From assembly GCA_017625435.1 (NCBI GenBank), contig JAGAKX010000057.1, positions 35,558-99,557 of the forward strand: DNA of 64,000 nucleotides, given 5' to 3'. The DNA comes from Clostridia bacterium (GTDB lineage Bacteria; Bacillota; Clostridia; Oscillospirales; Acutalibacteraceae). The position numbers and the translations under genes are program-made. The notes below the pieces were generated by a model, which saw only the letters and a program-made list of their open reading frames with translations, was not told the origin of the DNA and did no database searches. Below are positions 25,264 through 33,880 of the stretch, one piece after another. Position 1 is the stretch's first letter; each line of letters begins with the position of its first letter.

Positions 25264-27444
25264 TTATTTTACTTCTTCAAAATGAAGAGCAAAGCTTTCA
25301 CCGTCACGGTCAGGATAATAGAACATCGAAATACCGGCATTCATAAGAAGTGCACCTGAGTAAACCTCTCCGTCCTCAAGGCACTTATAATACTTTTCAG
25401 AGTCAAGACCCTTGAGCTTGATAAAGAAGTTCCTTGCCTCCGTAAAGAACTTGATAACAACCGTCAGCATTGCCTCACGCTTATCCTCGCTTACAAATTC
25501 CCACGCTACTCTGTAGGGGTCATCCCAGGGGGAAATGATTCTGTAAAGGTCGCCGTAATGAATAAGGTCATAATACTTATGATAATCGGCAATCTGAGTT
25601 TTGATTTCTGCACGTGCCTCTTCGCTTATCTTTCCGGGGTCAAGCTCATAACCGAAGGAGCCCCACATTGCGACATTTCTCTTTGTTTCATAGCCTGAAC
25701 GTCTTGAAGCCGAAACATGAGCACCCTGAACGGATGCGGGATAACAAAGAGATGAGCCGAACTGAATATCAACACGTGACAGCGCATCGGTGTTATCGGA
25801 GCACCATATCTGAGGTGAGAAATACATCATACCGGGGTCATAACGTCCGCCGCCGCCCGAACAGTTTTCAAGAAGAATATGGGGATAAGCTTCAAGAATA
25901 CGTCCCATAAGCTCATAGGTGCCGAGAATGAAGCGGTGGAAGAATTCACTCTGTCTTTCGGGAGGAAGAATGGCTGAGCCTGCCTCGGTAATGTTACGGT
26001 TAAAGTCCCACTTAACATAGTCTATATCGTTATTTCTGAGAACCTCACTTATCTTATTGAAAAGATAGTCCCTTACATCCTGCCTTGTCATATCAATAAC
26101 ATACTGATGTCTGCCGATAGAGCTTTCACGGCCTGGCACGTGAATATGCCAGTCGGGATGTGCACGGAAAAGGTCTGAATCCGGGGAAATCATTTCGGGC
26201 TCGTACCAGATACCGAATTTAAGTCCAAGCCCCTTAATACGGGATACAAGAGAGCCGATACCGCCTCTTAACTTATCCTCATTGACCTCCCAGTCACCGA
26301 GAGCGCAGGTATCGTCATTACGCTTACCGAACCAGCCGTCATCCATAACGAGCATTTCAATACCTGTTTCCTTTGCCCATTTTGCAATGTCAAAGAGCTT
26401 ATCATCGTCAAAATCAAAGTATGTGCCTTCCCAGTTGTTTATAAGAAGAGGACGCTTTGCCTTCTTCCAGGGACCTCTTACAAGGTTATTGTTATAAAGC
26501 TTATGGAAGGTACGGCTCATACCGCCAAGACCTTCATCAGAGTAAACAAGAACTGCTTCGGGAGAATAGAATTCTTCCCCGGGAGCGAGCTTCCAGGAAA
26601 AATCAGAGGGGTCAATACCCATCATAACACGGGAGGAATTGTTGAAATCCACCTCAATTTCGCAAAGATGATTACAGGAATAAACAAGATTGAAGCCGTA
26701 TGCATCACCGTAATCCTCAGTAGCGCCGTGGCGAAGAAGAGCCATAAAGGGATTCTGCTGAGCGGAGGAGGAGCCTCTTCTTGAGCCGATACCCTGTCTT
26801 CCGTGAGAGAGAGGCCGGCGCTCAAAGTTTCTTTCGTTATTATGTCTGCCGTAAAGAGTTATAAGATCAAAATCCTTGCCGTTCATATCAAGGTTGAAGC
26901 TCATTACCTTTTCAATGGAGAAGGGCTTATCGGAGGTATTTTTTACAATTACGCTTCTTGTTATTGCAGAATACTTTTCGAATACCGTATAAAGAAGAAG
27001 AGCCTCAGCACCCGTAACGCAGTCTCTTGTTGTGACTTCGAGGGTTTCACACTCACCCTCTTCATTTTCGTAAAGTGCAGGAAGGCCCTTAAGAGCGGGC
27101 TTGCCCTTATATATCTTATGGGAAACGTATCTCATATCCGTAGATGCATTGCCGTCGGCATTTCTTATCTGAAGAGACGAAATTCGCATATCGCCGCAGC
27201 CGTTACAGCCTATTTCAAGAGGAAAAACGTCAGCGGAGAAAACCCAGTCATCCATATGGGGATTTGAAGCAGAAAAGGATGCAAACATTCTGCGGTTAGG
27301 AAAATCCTTTAAGTTGTAATCGGGAATCTTCTTGCCGTAGTAAAGATGAACAAGATAGCTTTCATTGTAAATTTCAAAAATATAGCTTGAATTCAGAGTA
27401 TCAAGCTTAAAAATCTTTTTTTCGCTGTCAAAAATAATGGGCAT
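25264..27444 (-). CDS. Alpha-galactosidase, glycoside hydrolase family 36
   Basis: 726 aa. N-terminal FKLDTLNSSYIFEI, KWDFN and CSGGGGRYD motifs typical of GH36. GGAGG RBS. Confidence 0.9.
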   Translation of the reverse strand: MPIIFDSEKKIFKLDTLNSSYIFEIYNESYLVHLYYGKKIPDYNLKDFPNRRMFASFSASNPHMDDWVFSADVFPLEIGCNGCGDMRISSLQIRNADGNASTDMRYVSHKIYKGKPALKGLPALYENEEGECETLEVTTRDCVTGAEALLLYTVFEKYSAITRSVIVKNTSDKPFSIEKVMSFNLDMNGKDFDLITLYGRHNNERNFERRPLSHGRQGIGSRRGSSSAQQNPFMALLRHGATEDYGDAYGFNLVYSCNHLCEIEVDFNNSSRVMMGIDPSDFSWKLAPGEEFYSPEAVLVYSDEGLGGMSRTFHKLYNNNLVRGPWKKAKRPLLINNWEGTYFDFDDDKLFDIAKWAKETGIEMLVMDDGWFGKRNDDTCALGDWEVNEDKLRGGIGSLVSRIKGLGLKFGIWYEPEMISPDSDLFRAHPDWHIHVPGRESSIGRHQYVIDMTRQDVRDYLFNKISEVLRNNDIDYVKWDFNRNITEAGSAILPPERQSEFFHRFILGTYELMGRILEAYPHILLENCSGGGGRYDPGMMYFSPQIWCSDNTDALSRVDIQFGSSLCYPASVQGAHVSASRRSGYETKRNVAMWGSFGYELDPGKISEEARAEIKTQIADYHKYYDLIHYGDLYRIISPWDDPYRVAWEFVSEDKREAMLTVVIKFFTEARNFFIKLKGLDSEKYYKCLEDGEVYSGALLMNAGISMFYYPDRDGESFALHFEEVK

Positions 27445-27570
27445 ATAAATTTACCTCCGTATAAGAAAAAATCTTACGATTTATCAACCCCCTACCCCCA
27501 ATCTTGGGGGCTGTAGGTGTTTCTTGTTATAAGCTAAATTGCTCACAACGCGAGCAATTTCCTATATAAT

Positions 27571-27606
27571 AAAAAAATAACCGCCACCACAAGGATGACG
27601 GTTTTT
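27571..27606 (-). terminator. Intrinsic terminator of zinc-ribbon membrane protein gene 27615-28421
   Basis: Minus strand AACCGTCA...TGGCGGTT imperfect stem followed by ATTTTTTT. Confidence 0.5.
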
Positions 27607-27614
27607 AATAAACT

Positions 27615-28421
27615 TTAAGCCTTTGCTTCGTTAGCTTCGCTTGCTGCCTTCTTAGCAAGTGTAGAAGGTCTTTCGTTGTAAGGAAGAAGGAATTCCGAAA
27701 CATCCTTATATTTAACCTGAATGTTCTTTTTCTTATAGATTACATTAACCGCAATCATAACAACAAAAATAAGAACTGCAACTATGTAAGCTGTGGGATT
27801 TACAGAGCCTGTGAAAATGCCGGGAAGAGCAGATGTAAGCTCAGAAATCATAAGATTGTAGAAAACAAAGGATACAGTTGCAAGAACAATACCGATTGAA
27901 GGAATAGTGATGTTTCTTACAATACCCTTCTTAGCTGCGGAAAGAGTAAGAAGGAAGAAGCCTACGAGAGTAAGCACTACCATAAGAACAAGACAAACGA
28001 GAGATACTGCCCAATAAATCATACCTGTTCCTAAAAGGTCGGAGCCGAGAAGCTTCAGAATAAGGTCCACATCAAAGCCGTTATCAACAATAAACATAAC
28101 AATGGAAATGAGGTTAACGGAAGCGTGCTTCTCAAGATAAGGAAGAACATAGTTCACGGTACCCATAGGAAGAAGAGTTGCAACTATAGGAAGAAGACCG
28201 AGGACAAGTCTCACGATTGAAAGAGGATGACCGATAAGAGAGAACTTAAGTCTGTCGTACTTGGGCTGGCTCTTTGCGTGATTATATTCAGCTTTGTCAG
28301 CCTCTTCACGAAGACGGTCTTCAATACCGTAATACATGACATTAACACCGCATTTGGGACACTCGGGTCTCCAGTCGGTTAATTTGAGTTTATAATTACA
28401 TTTCGGACAAAATTCTGCCAT
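27615..28421 (-). CDS. Zinc-ribbon membrane protein, function unknown (paralogue of 21008-21892)
   Basis: MAEFCPKCNYKLKLTDWRPECPKCGVNVMYY then about 4 TM helices. ATG at 28421 preceded by AGGTGA. Has its own promoter and terminator. Confidence 0.65.
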   Translation of the reverse strand: MAEFCPKCNYKLKLTDWRPECPKCGVNVMYYGIEDRLREEADKAEYNHAKSQPKYDRLKFSLIGHPLSIVRLVLGLLPIVATLLPMGTVNYVLPYLEKHASVNLISIVMFIVDNGFDVDLILKLLGSDLLGTGMIYWAVSLVCLVLMVVLTLVGFFLLTLSAAKKGIVRNITIPSIGIVLATVSFVFYNLMISELTSALPGIFTGSVNPTAYIVAVLIFVVMIAVNVIYKKKNIQVKYKDVSEFLLPYNERPSTLAKKAASEANEAKA

Positions 28422-28462
28422 AAATATCACCTATCCTGAAAATAATATATAATTTCTTACTA

Positions 28463-28491
28463 ATTATATCACAAAAAATTTTACATTACAA
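28463..28491 (-). promoter_or_regulatory. Sigma-A-type promoter of zinc-ribbon membrane protein gene 27615-28421
   Basis: Minus strand TTGTAA-17 nt-TATAAT with an extended -10 TG; about 40 nt upstream of the ATG. Confidence 0.55.
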
Positions 28492-28521
28492 GAAGAAAAA
28501 AATGTTTGTGAAAAGTGATAA

Positions 28522-29343
28522 TTAATCAAGCATAGATTTGTCAATATTGACATTATAAGGCTCTCTGAGAGCAAGAATCTGTTCTGCTGAAATGAACTGC
28601 TTCTTACCGCCGCAGGACATAACCTTAATAAGGATTTCTGCTGCCTTTTCGATTGTATCCATAAGACCGAAGGCTACATCAAAGTCTTCACCTGAGCAGA
28701 AAATACCGTGGTGAGACCAGATAACAGCATCAAACTGCTTAATCTTCTCCCCTGTTGCTACTGCGATATCGGCACTTCCGCATACCATCCAGGGCACAAC
28801 GCCGATGCCTGCAGGGAAAACGATGGGACATTCGGTAATCATTTCCCAGATTTCACGGGTAAATACCTTATCTTCAAGAGGAAGAAGGAAGGTAAGAGCA
28901 ATAATGTTGGCAGGATGTGCGTGCATAATTACTCTGTGCTTGCCGTTTGTCTTTTCCTTTTTGATTGAGTGGTTAAGAAGGTGTGTGGGGAATTCGCTTG
29001 TGGGAACACCGCCCTCGTTAAGACCCCAAACGATTTTGTAATTTTCACCCTTTTCGTCAATCTTTACGATACAGATGTTGTTTTCGGGCTCGTTCTTTAC
29101 GTTCATATAGAACTTACCGCTTCCGGTAACTGTGAAATATTCGTTAGCAAGATTATTGACGGTGATGCCGATACTCTTCCATTCGCTCTTATCGGAAAGA
29201 AGGTGCTTAATAGCTTCAACCTCCTCTTCCTTCATTCTGTAGGACATATTACCGCCGTTTCTTTCGTTCCAGCCCTTAAGCCAGGACTGATTGCAGGTGT
29301 CAACAAACTTTGCAACAGCCTTGAGTTCGAGTACGTTATTCAT
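28522..29343 (-). CDS. rhaD: Rhamnulose-1-phosphate aldolase (class II aldolase)
   Basis: WLKGWNERNGGNMSYR...VTGSGKF...VPTSEFPTHL...RVIMHAHP matches my recollection of E. coli RhaD almost motif for motif; same length class (273 aa). Confidence 0.85.
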   Translation of the reverse strand: MNNVLELKAVAKFVDTCNQSWLKGWNERNGGNMSYRMKEEEVEAIKHLLSDKSEWKSIGITVNNLANEYFTVTGSGKFYMNVKNEPENNICIVKIDEKGENYKIVWGLNEGGVPTSEFPTHLLNHSIKKEKTNGKHRVIMHAHPANIIALTFLLPLEDKVFTREIWEMITECPIVFPAGIGVVPWMVCGSADIAVATGEKIKQFDAVIWSHHGIFCSGEDFDVAFGLMDTIEKAAEILIKVMSCGGKKQFISAEQILALREPYNVNIDKSMLD

Positions 29344-29348
29344 ATTAA

Positions 29349-30593
29349 TTACTTCCTTTCAGCGAGAACAGTATTCTCATATTCCTTTACTTCGTTGTAC
29401 CAGTCAACACCGGCGGGTACATTATTTATTTCGCAGAATTTATCCCATACTGCACCTACGGGACAGGACTTAACTTCCTCGGAAAGCACGAACATTTCCG
29501 TGAAGTTGCCGTCATTCTGACATTTTGCGAGCTTTTCATGGGGAGTGAGCATTGCACCTAAAAGTGCCTTCTGCATATTTCTGATACCCATTACCCAGGC
29601 TGCGATTCTGTTGATGCTTGCATCGAAATAGTCAAGACCGATAATAACCTTTTCGGGACCTGCAATTACGATTTCCTTAGCAATTTCCTTCAATTCATCG
29701 GTATAGCCTACAACGTGGTCTGAGTCCCAACGTACTCCTCTTGTTACGTGAAGGGCTACCTTGTCGGAGAAAAGGAGCATTGAGGGAATTTTATCGGCAA
29801 CGCTTTCCGTGGGATGGAAATGACCGTTGTCAAGAAGACAATAGCAATTATTGAGTGCGGCATAATTCATATAGAACTCGTGTGAGCCTACGGTATAGGA
29901 CTCAACACCGATGCCGAAAACCTTTGATTCTACCGAATCCACAAGATATCTTCTGTCATACTTTACGGAAAGAATCTCGTCAAGGGCTGCCTTAAGACGG
30001 GCTCTCGGTGAGGTTCTGTCTGCAGGAGTTTCCTTATAGCCGTCGGGAATCCAGATGTTGTTAAGACAGGGAGTGCCGAGCTTTTCACCGATGTATGCAC
30101 CGATTTTTCTTATAGCCTTGCAATGGTCAATCCAGAAGCGTCTGACCTTTTCGTCGGGATGTGAAAGAGTAAGTCCGTCAGCAGCCAAAGGATGAGAGAA
30201 CAAGGTGGGGTTAATGTCAATACCCAGTCCCCTTTCCTTCGCAAATTCAATCCACTTGTCAAAGTGCTTAGGCTCTAACTTATCACGGGACACAACACCG
30301 TCGGAATAGTCGGCATAAATTGCGTGAAGATTTATTCTGTGATGACCGCCCACAAGAGAAAGGGTCTTATCTATATCAGCCATAAGCTCTTCCATATTTC
30401 TTGCCTTACCGGGATAATTTCCCGTTGCCTGAATACCGCCCGTAAGCTCTCCCGTTGACTCGAAGCCGCCTACGTCGTCACCCTGCCAGCAATGAATTGA
30501 AAGAGAAATCTCGGAGAGCTTCTTTACAGCCTCGTCGGTATCAATACCGATTCCTGCATAGAGTTTTTTTGCTTCATCATAAATTAAGGACAT
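29349..30593 (-). CDS. rhaA: L-rhamnose isomerase
   Basis: IGIDTDEAVKKLSEISLSIHCWQGDDVGGFE matches the RhaA N-terminal signature. ATG at 30593 preceded by AAGAGGTG; the track start is GTG at 30602. Confidence 0.9.
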   Translation of the reverse strand: MSLIYDEAKKLYAGIGIDTDEAVKKLSEISLSIHCWQGDDVGGFESTGELTGGIQATGNYPGKARNMEELMADIDKTLSLVGGHHRINLHAIYADYSDGVVSRDKLEPKHFDKWIEFAKERGLGIDINPTLFSHPLAADGLTLSHPDEKVRRFWIDHCKAIRKIGAYIGEKLGTPCLNNIWIPDGYKETPADRTSPRARLKAALDEILSVKYDRRYLVDSVESKVFGIGVESYTVGSHEFYMNYAALNNCYCLLDNGHFHPTESVADKIPSMLLFSDKVALHVTRGVRWDSDHVVGYTDELKEIAKEIVIAGPEKVIIGLDYFDASINRIAAWVMGIRNMQKALLGAMLTPHEKLAKCQNDGNFTEMFVLSEEVKSCPVGAVWDKFCEINNVPAGVDWYNEVKEYENTVLAERK

Positions 30594-30605
30594 TTGGGAC
30601 ACCTC

Positions 30606-31553
30606 TTATTTCTTAAGCTCAATAGCCTTCTTTGCCTTTGCGGCAATATTCTGAGCGTTCAGACCGTAGATTTCAAGAAGCTCGAGAGCAGGACCTGATT
30701 TTCCGAATACGTCCTCAACGCCTACTCTTGTTACGGGTACGGGGTAAGCTTCAGAGAGCACCTCAGCAACCGCTGAACCGAGACCGCCGATAATGCTGTG
30801 CTCCTCAGCTGTTACGATGCAGCCGGTTTTCTTTGCGGCATCAAGAACGATGTCCTTATCAATGGGCTTAATGGTTGCCATATTGATAAGAGCGGCGGAA
30901 ATACCTTCATTTTTGAGAAGCTCCACAGCCTGCATAGCTCTTTCTACCATAAGACCCGTTGCAAAAATTGTAACGTCAGTTCCCTCGTTCAGGTATACAC
31001 CCTTGCCGATTTCGAACTTATAATTTTCATCAAAAATTCTCGGAACTGCAAGTCTGCCGAATCTCATATACACGGGACCGTCGTGCTCGGCTGCAGCCAT
31101 AACCGCAAGTCTTGCTTCAACGTCATCTGCAGGATTGAGAATTGTCATTCCGGGAATGGTTCTCATAAGAGCAATATCCTCACAGCATTGGTGGCTTGCG
31201 CCGTCCTCACCTACGGAAATACCTGCGTGAGTAGCACCGATTTTAACATTTATATGGGGATAGCCTATTGTATTTCTTATCTGTTCAAAGGCTCTGCCTG
31301 CTGCAAACATAGCAAAGGAGCTTGCAAATACGGTATAACCGGAGGCTGCAAGACCGGCGGCAATGCCCATCATATTTCCCTCTGCGATACCGCAGTCATA
31401 GAATCTTTCGGGGAAGACCTTCTTGAACATACCTGTTTTTGTTGCTGCGGCAAGGTCAGCATCAAGCACTATAAGCTTTTCATTTTTTTCGCCAAGCTCA
31501 GCGAGAGCCTTACCGTAAGCGTCTCTTGTTGCTGTTTTGATAACGTCTGCCAT
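30606..31553 (-). CDS. Transketolase, C-terminal (pyrimidine-binding) subunit
   Basis: 315 aa; FYDCGIAEGNMMGIAAGLA motif. Follows the N-terminal subunit gene. Confidence 0.9.
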   Translation of the reverse strand: MADVIKTATRDAYGKALAELGEKNEKLIVLDADLAAATKTGMFKKVFPERFYDCGIAEGNMMGIAAGLAASGYTVFASSFAMFAAGRAFEQIRNTIGYPHINVKIGATHAGISVGEDGASHQCCEDIALMRTIPGMTILNPADDVEARLAVMAAAEHDGPVYMRFGRLAVPRIFDENYKFEIGKGVYLNEGTDVTIFATGLMVERAMQAVELLKNEGISAALINMATIKPIDKDIVLDAAKKTGCIVTAEEHSIIGGLGSAVAEVLSEAYPVPVTRVGVEDVFGKSGPALELLEIYGLNAQNIAAKAKKAIELKK

Positions 31554-31566
31554 TGTTTCTTCCTCC

Positions 31567-32409
31567 TTAAATACTCAGCTCTTCAATTACTGCATCAAGC
31601 TCAGCCATAGCGGCTGCATACTGCTCTGCATTGGGAGCACTTCCGTGCCAGGAAACCTGATTTTCCATAAAGGAAACGCCCTTGCCCTTGACGGTTTTCA
31701 TTATAATAGCCGTGGGCTTATCTGTGCATGCCTTAGCCTCTTCAATTGCCTTTTCGATTTCGCAGAAGCAATGACCGCAGATTTCAATTACATTGAAGCC
31801 GAAGGATGCGAACTTCTCAGGGATAGGATAAGGAGAGTTTACCTCTTCAACGCTTCCGTCAATCTGAAGATTATTATTGTCAACAATAACCGTAAGAGCG
31901 GAAAGCTTCTTGGCAGATGCGAACATACAAGCCTCCCATACCTGACCTTCCTCAATTTCACCGTCACCGAGAATTGCATATACTCTGTAAGGATTGCCTT
32001 CTATTTTGGAAGCAAGTGCAAAGCCGCAGGCAGCAGAAATACCCTGACCGAGAGAGCCTGTGCTCATATCAACACCGGGAACATAGTTCATATTGGGGTG
32101 GCCCTGAAGATAAGAATCGGACTTTCTTAAGGTCTTAAGGTCCTCAACGGGGAAAAAGCCCTTTTCGGCAAGAGCTGCATATAACGCGGGAGCTGCGTGG
32201 CCCTTGGAGAGAACAAGTCTGTCTCTTCCCTCCCATCTCGGATTCTTTACGTCAAGCTTCATCTCTTTGAAATAGAGATAAGAAAGAATATCTGCTATTG
32301 AAAGAGAGCCGCCGGGATGACCGCTTTTTGCATTGAAGGTACCCTCAATTATGCCTTTTCTTATGTTGGCTGCTTTGAGTTTTAACAGTTTCTTTTCTGT
32401 GTTTTCCAT
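31567..32409 (-). CDS. Transketolase, N-terminal (TPP-binding) subunit
   Basis: SGHPGGSLS and GDGEIEEGQVWE motifs. ATG at 32409 preceded by AAGGAG. Confidence 0.9.
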   Translation of the reverse strand: MENTEKKLLKLKAANIRKGIIEGTFNAKSGHPGGSLSIADILSYLYFKEMKLDVKNPRWEGRDRLVLSKGHAAPALYAALAEKGFFPVEDLKTLRKSDSYLQGHPNMNYVPGVDMSTGSLGQGISAACGFALASKIEGNPYRVYAILGDGEIEEGQVWEACMFASAKKLSALTVIVDNNNLQIDGSVEEVNSPYPIPEKFASFGFNVIEICGHCFCEIEKAIEEAKACTDKPTAIIMKTVKGKGVSFMENQVSWHGSAPNAEQYAAAMAELDAVIEELSI

Positions 32410-32421
32410 AAAAAGCACTCC

Positions 32422-33336
32422 TTATTTATTTAACTTATTTAATATACCTGTAAAATAATCGGGAAGAGGTGATGAAAATTCAAGATACTCCCCCGTTACG
32501 GGATGAACAAAGCCGATAACTGCAGCGTGAAGACATTGACCTTCAAGCCCGAATGGGTTTTTCGGCATTCCGTAGACTGCATCCCCTACTATCGGATGCC
32601 CGAGGGCCTGGCAATGCACACGAATCTGATGTGTTCTTCCCGTTTCAAGTGTAAAACGGCAGTAATCGTAGCCCTGAAATCTCTCCAGCACCTCATAATG
32701 CGTTACGGCATTTCGGGGATTAAGACCGTTTACAGCCTGTTTTTTCCGGTCATTACGGCTTCTGCCGAGGGGTAAATTAATTGTACCCTTATCCTCGGGC
32801 ATTTTCCCGTGAACTACTGCAAAATACTGTCTTCTGAAGCTGTGTTCTTTAATCTGCCCGGCCAAATGGGCGTGGGAATTATCATTTTTTGCAACAATGA
32901 GAAGTCCCGAAGTATCTTTATCTATCCTGTGAACGATTCCCGGACGTATCACACCGTTAATTGACGACAGTCTTCCCTTACAATGGAACAAAAGTGCATT
33001 GACAAGGGTTCCGTCAGGATTGCCGGGAGCCGGGTGCACAACCATACCTCTGGGCTTATTTACAACAAGCAAATCATCATCCTCAAAGATAATTTCCACG
33101 GGGATATCCTGCGGCTCAGCTTTCAGCTCCACGGGGTCGGGAATCTCAAGATATACTACGTCCCCGGCTTTAAGCTTAAGGCTTTTTGTTACTGTTTTTC
33201 CGTTGACGGTAACCTTTCCCTCGTCTATAAGCTTCTGAACTGCGCTTCTTGAAAGTGTTTCTTCCTCAAGGGATATAAGCTTATCAAGTCTCTCTCCCTG
33301 ATTTTCGGCGGAAATTTCAAATACAACCTCATTCAT
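32422..33336 (-). CDS. rluD: RluA-family 23S rRNA pseudouridine synthase (RluD)
   Basis: S4-like N-terminus and HRIDKDTSGLLIVAKN catalytic motif. ATG at 33336 overlaps the lspA stop; conserved lspA-rluD pair. Confidence 0.9.
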   Translation of the reverse strand: MNEVVFEISAENQGERLDKLISLEEETLSRSAVQKLIDEGKVTVNGKTVTKSLKLKAGDVVYLEIPDPVELKAEPQDIPVEIIFEDDDLLVVNKPRGMVVHPAPGNPDGTLVNALLFHCKGRLSSINGVIRPGIVHRIDKDTSGLLIVAKNDNSHAHLAGQIKEHSFRRQYFAVVHGKMPEDKGTINLPLGRSRNDRKKQAVNGLNPRNAVTHYEVLERFQGYDYCRFTLETGRTHQIRVHCQALGHPIVGDAVYGMPKNPFGLEGQCLHAAVIGFVHPVTGEYLEFSSPLPDYFTGILNKLNK

Positions 33337-33859
33337 TATGAGCTGCACCGCCCTGCTTTTTAAGCTTTTCTGCCTTGGAGTCTCTGATAATTTCATAGAT
33401 AAGATAGAATACAAGTGCAAAAGCACCCACACACACAAGGCAGTCTGCAAAATTGTATACGGGAAAATCTATAAAGAGGGTTTCAATGTAATCGACAACA
33501 AAGCCTCTCATAATGCGGTCAATCATATTACTGAGTCCGCCTGCGATAATTACGGGAATAAAAATATCGTAAGCGAGGGGTCTCTTAAAGGGGCCCGCAA
33601 GATAAATAAGTCCCAGAGCTATGATTACGCCCGTAAACACCGAGAGAAGCTGAGGATTGCCGTCAAACATTCCCCAGGCGACACCCGTGTTCTGTATGTA
33701 GGTCCAGCCGAAAAGACCTTCTATAAAATCAACCTTTTCGTAAAGGGCAATATTATCAAGAACAATTTTCTTGATAAGAAGGTCAACTGCCACGAGAAGG
33801 GCAATACCGGCAAGCTGAAGAACTACAGTCAATATTTTTTTCTTATTATATTTAATCAC
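33329..33859 (-). CDS. lspA: Lipoprotein signal peptidase II
   Basis: NTGVAWGMF and GGLSNMIDR motifs; 4 TM segments. Confidence 0.9.
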   Translation of the reverse strand: MIKYNKKKILTVVLQLAGIALLVAVDLLIKKIVLDNIALYEKVDFIEGLFGWTYIQNTGVAWGMFDGNPQLLSVFTGVIIALGLIYLAGPFKRPLAYDIFIPVIIAGGLSNMIDRIMRGFVVDYIETLFIDFPVYNFADCLVCVGAFALVFYLIYEIIRDSKAEKLKKQGGAAHNE

Positions 33860-33880
33860 GTTTTTGCCTCACCGACGGGA

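Noticed and set aside
30798-31610. 270-aa plus-strand ORF antisense to the transketolase C-subunit gene
   Set aside because: It is Cys/His/Ser/Lys-rich, the nonsense composition typical of the reverse frame of a highly expressed gene. Transketolase motifs on the minus strand are unambiguous.
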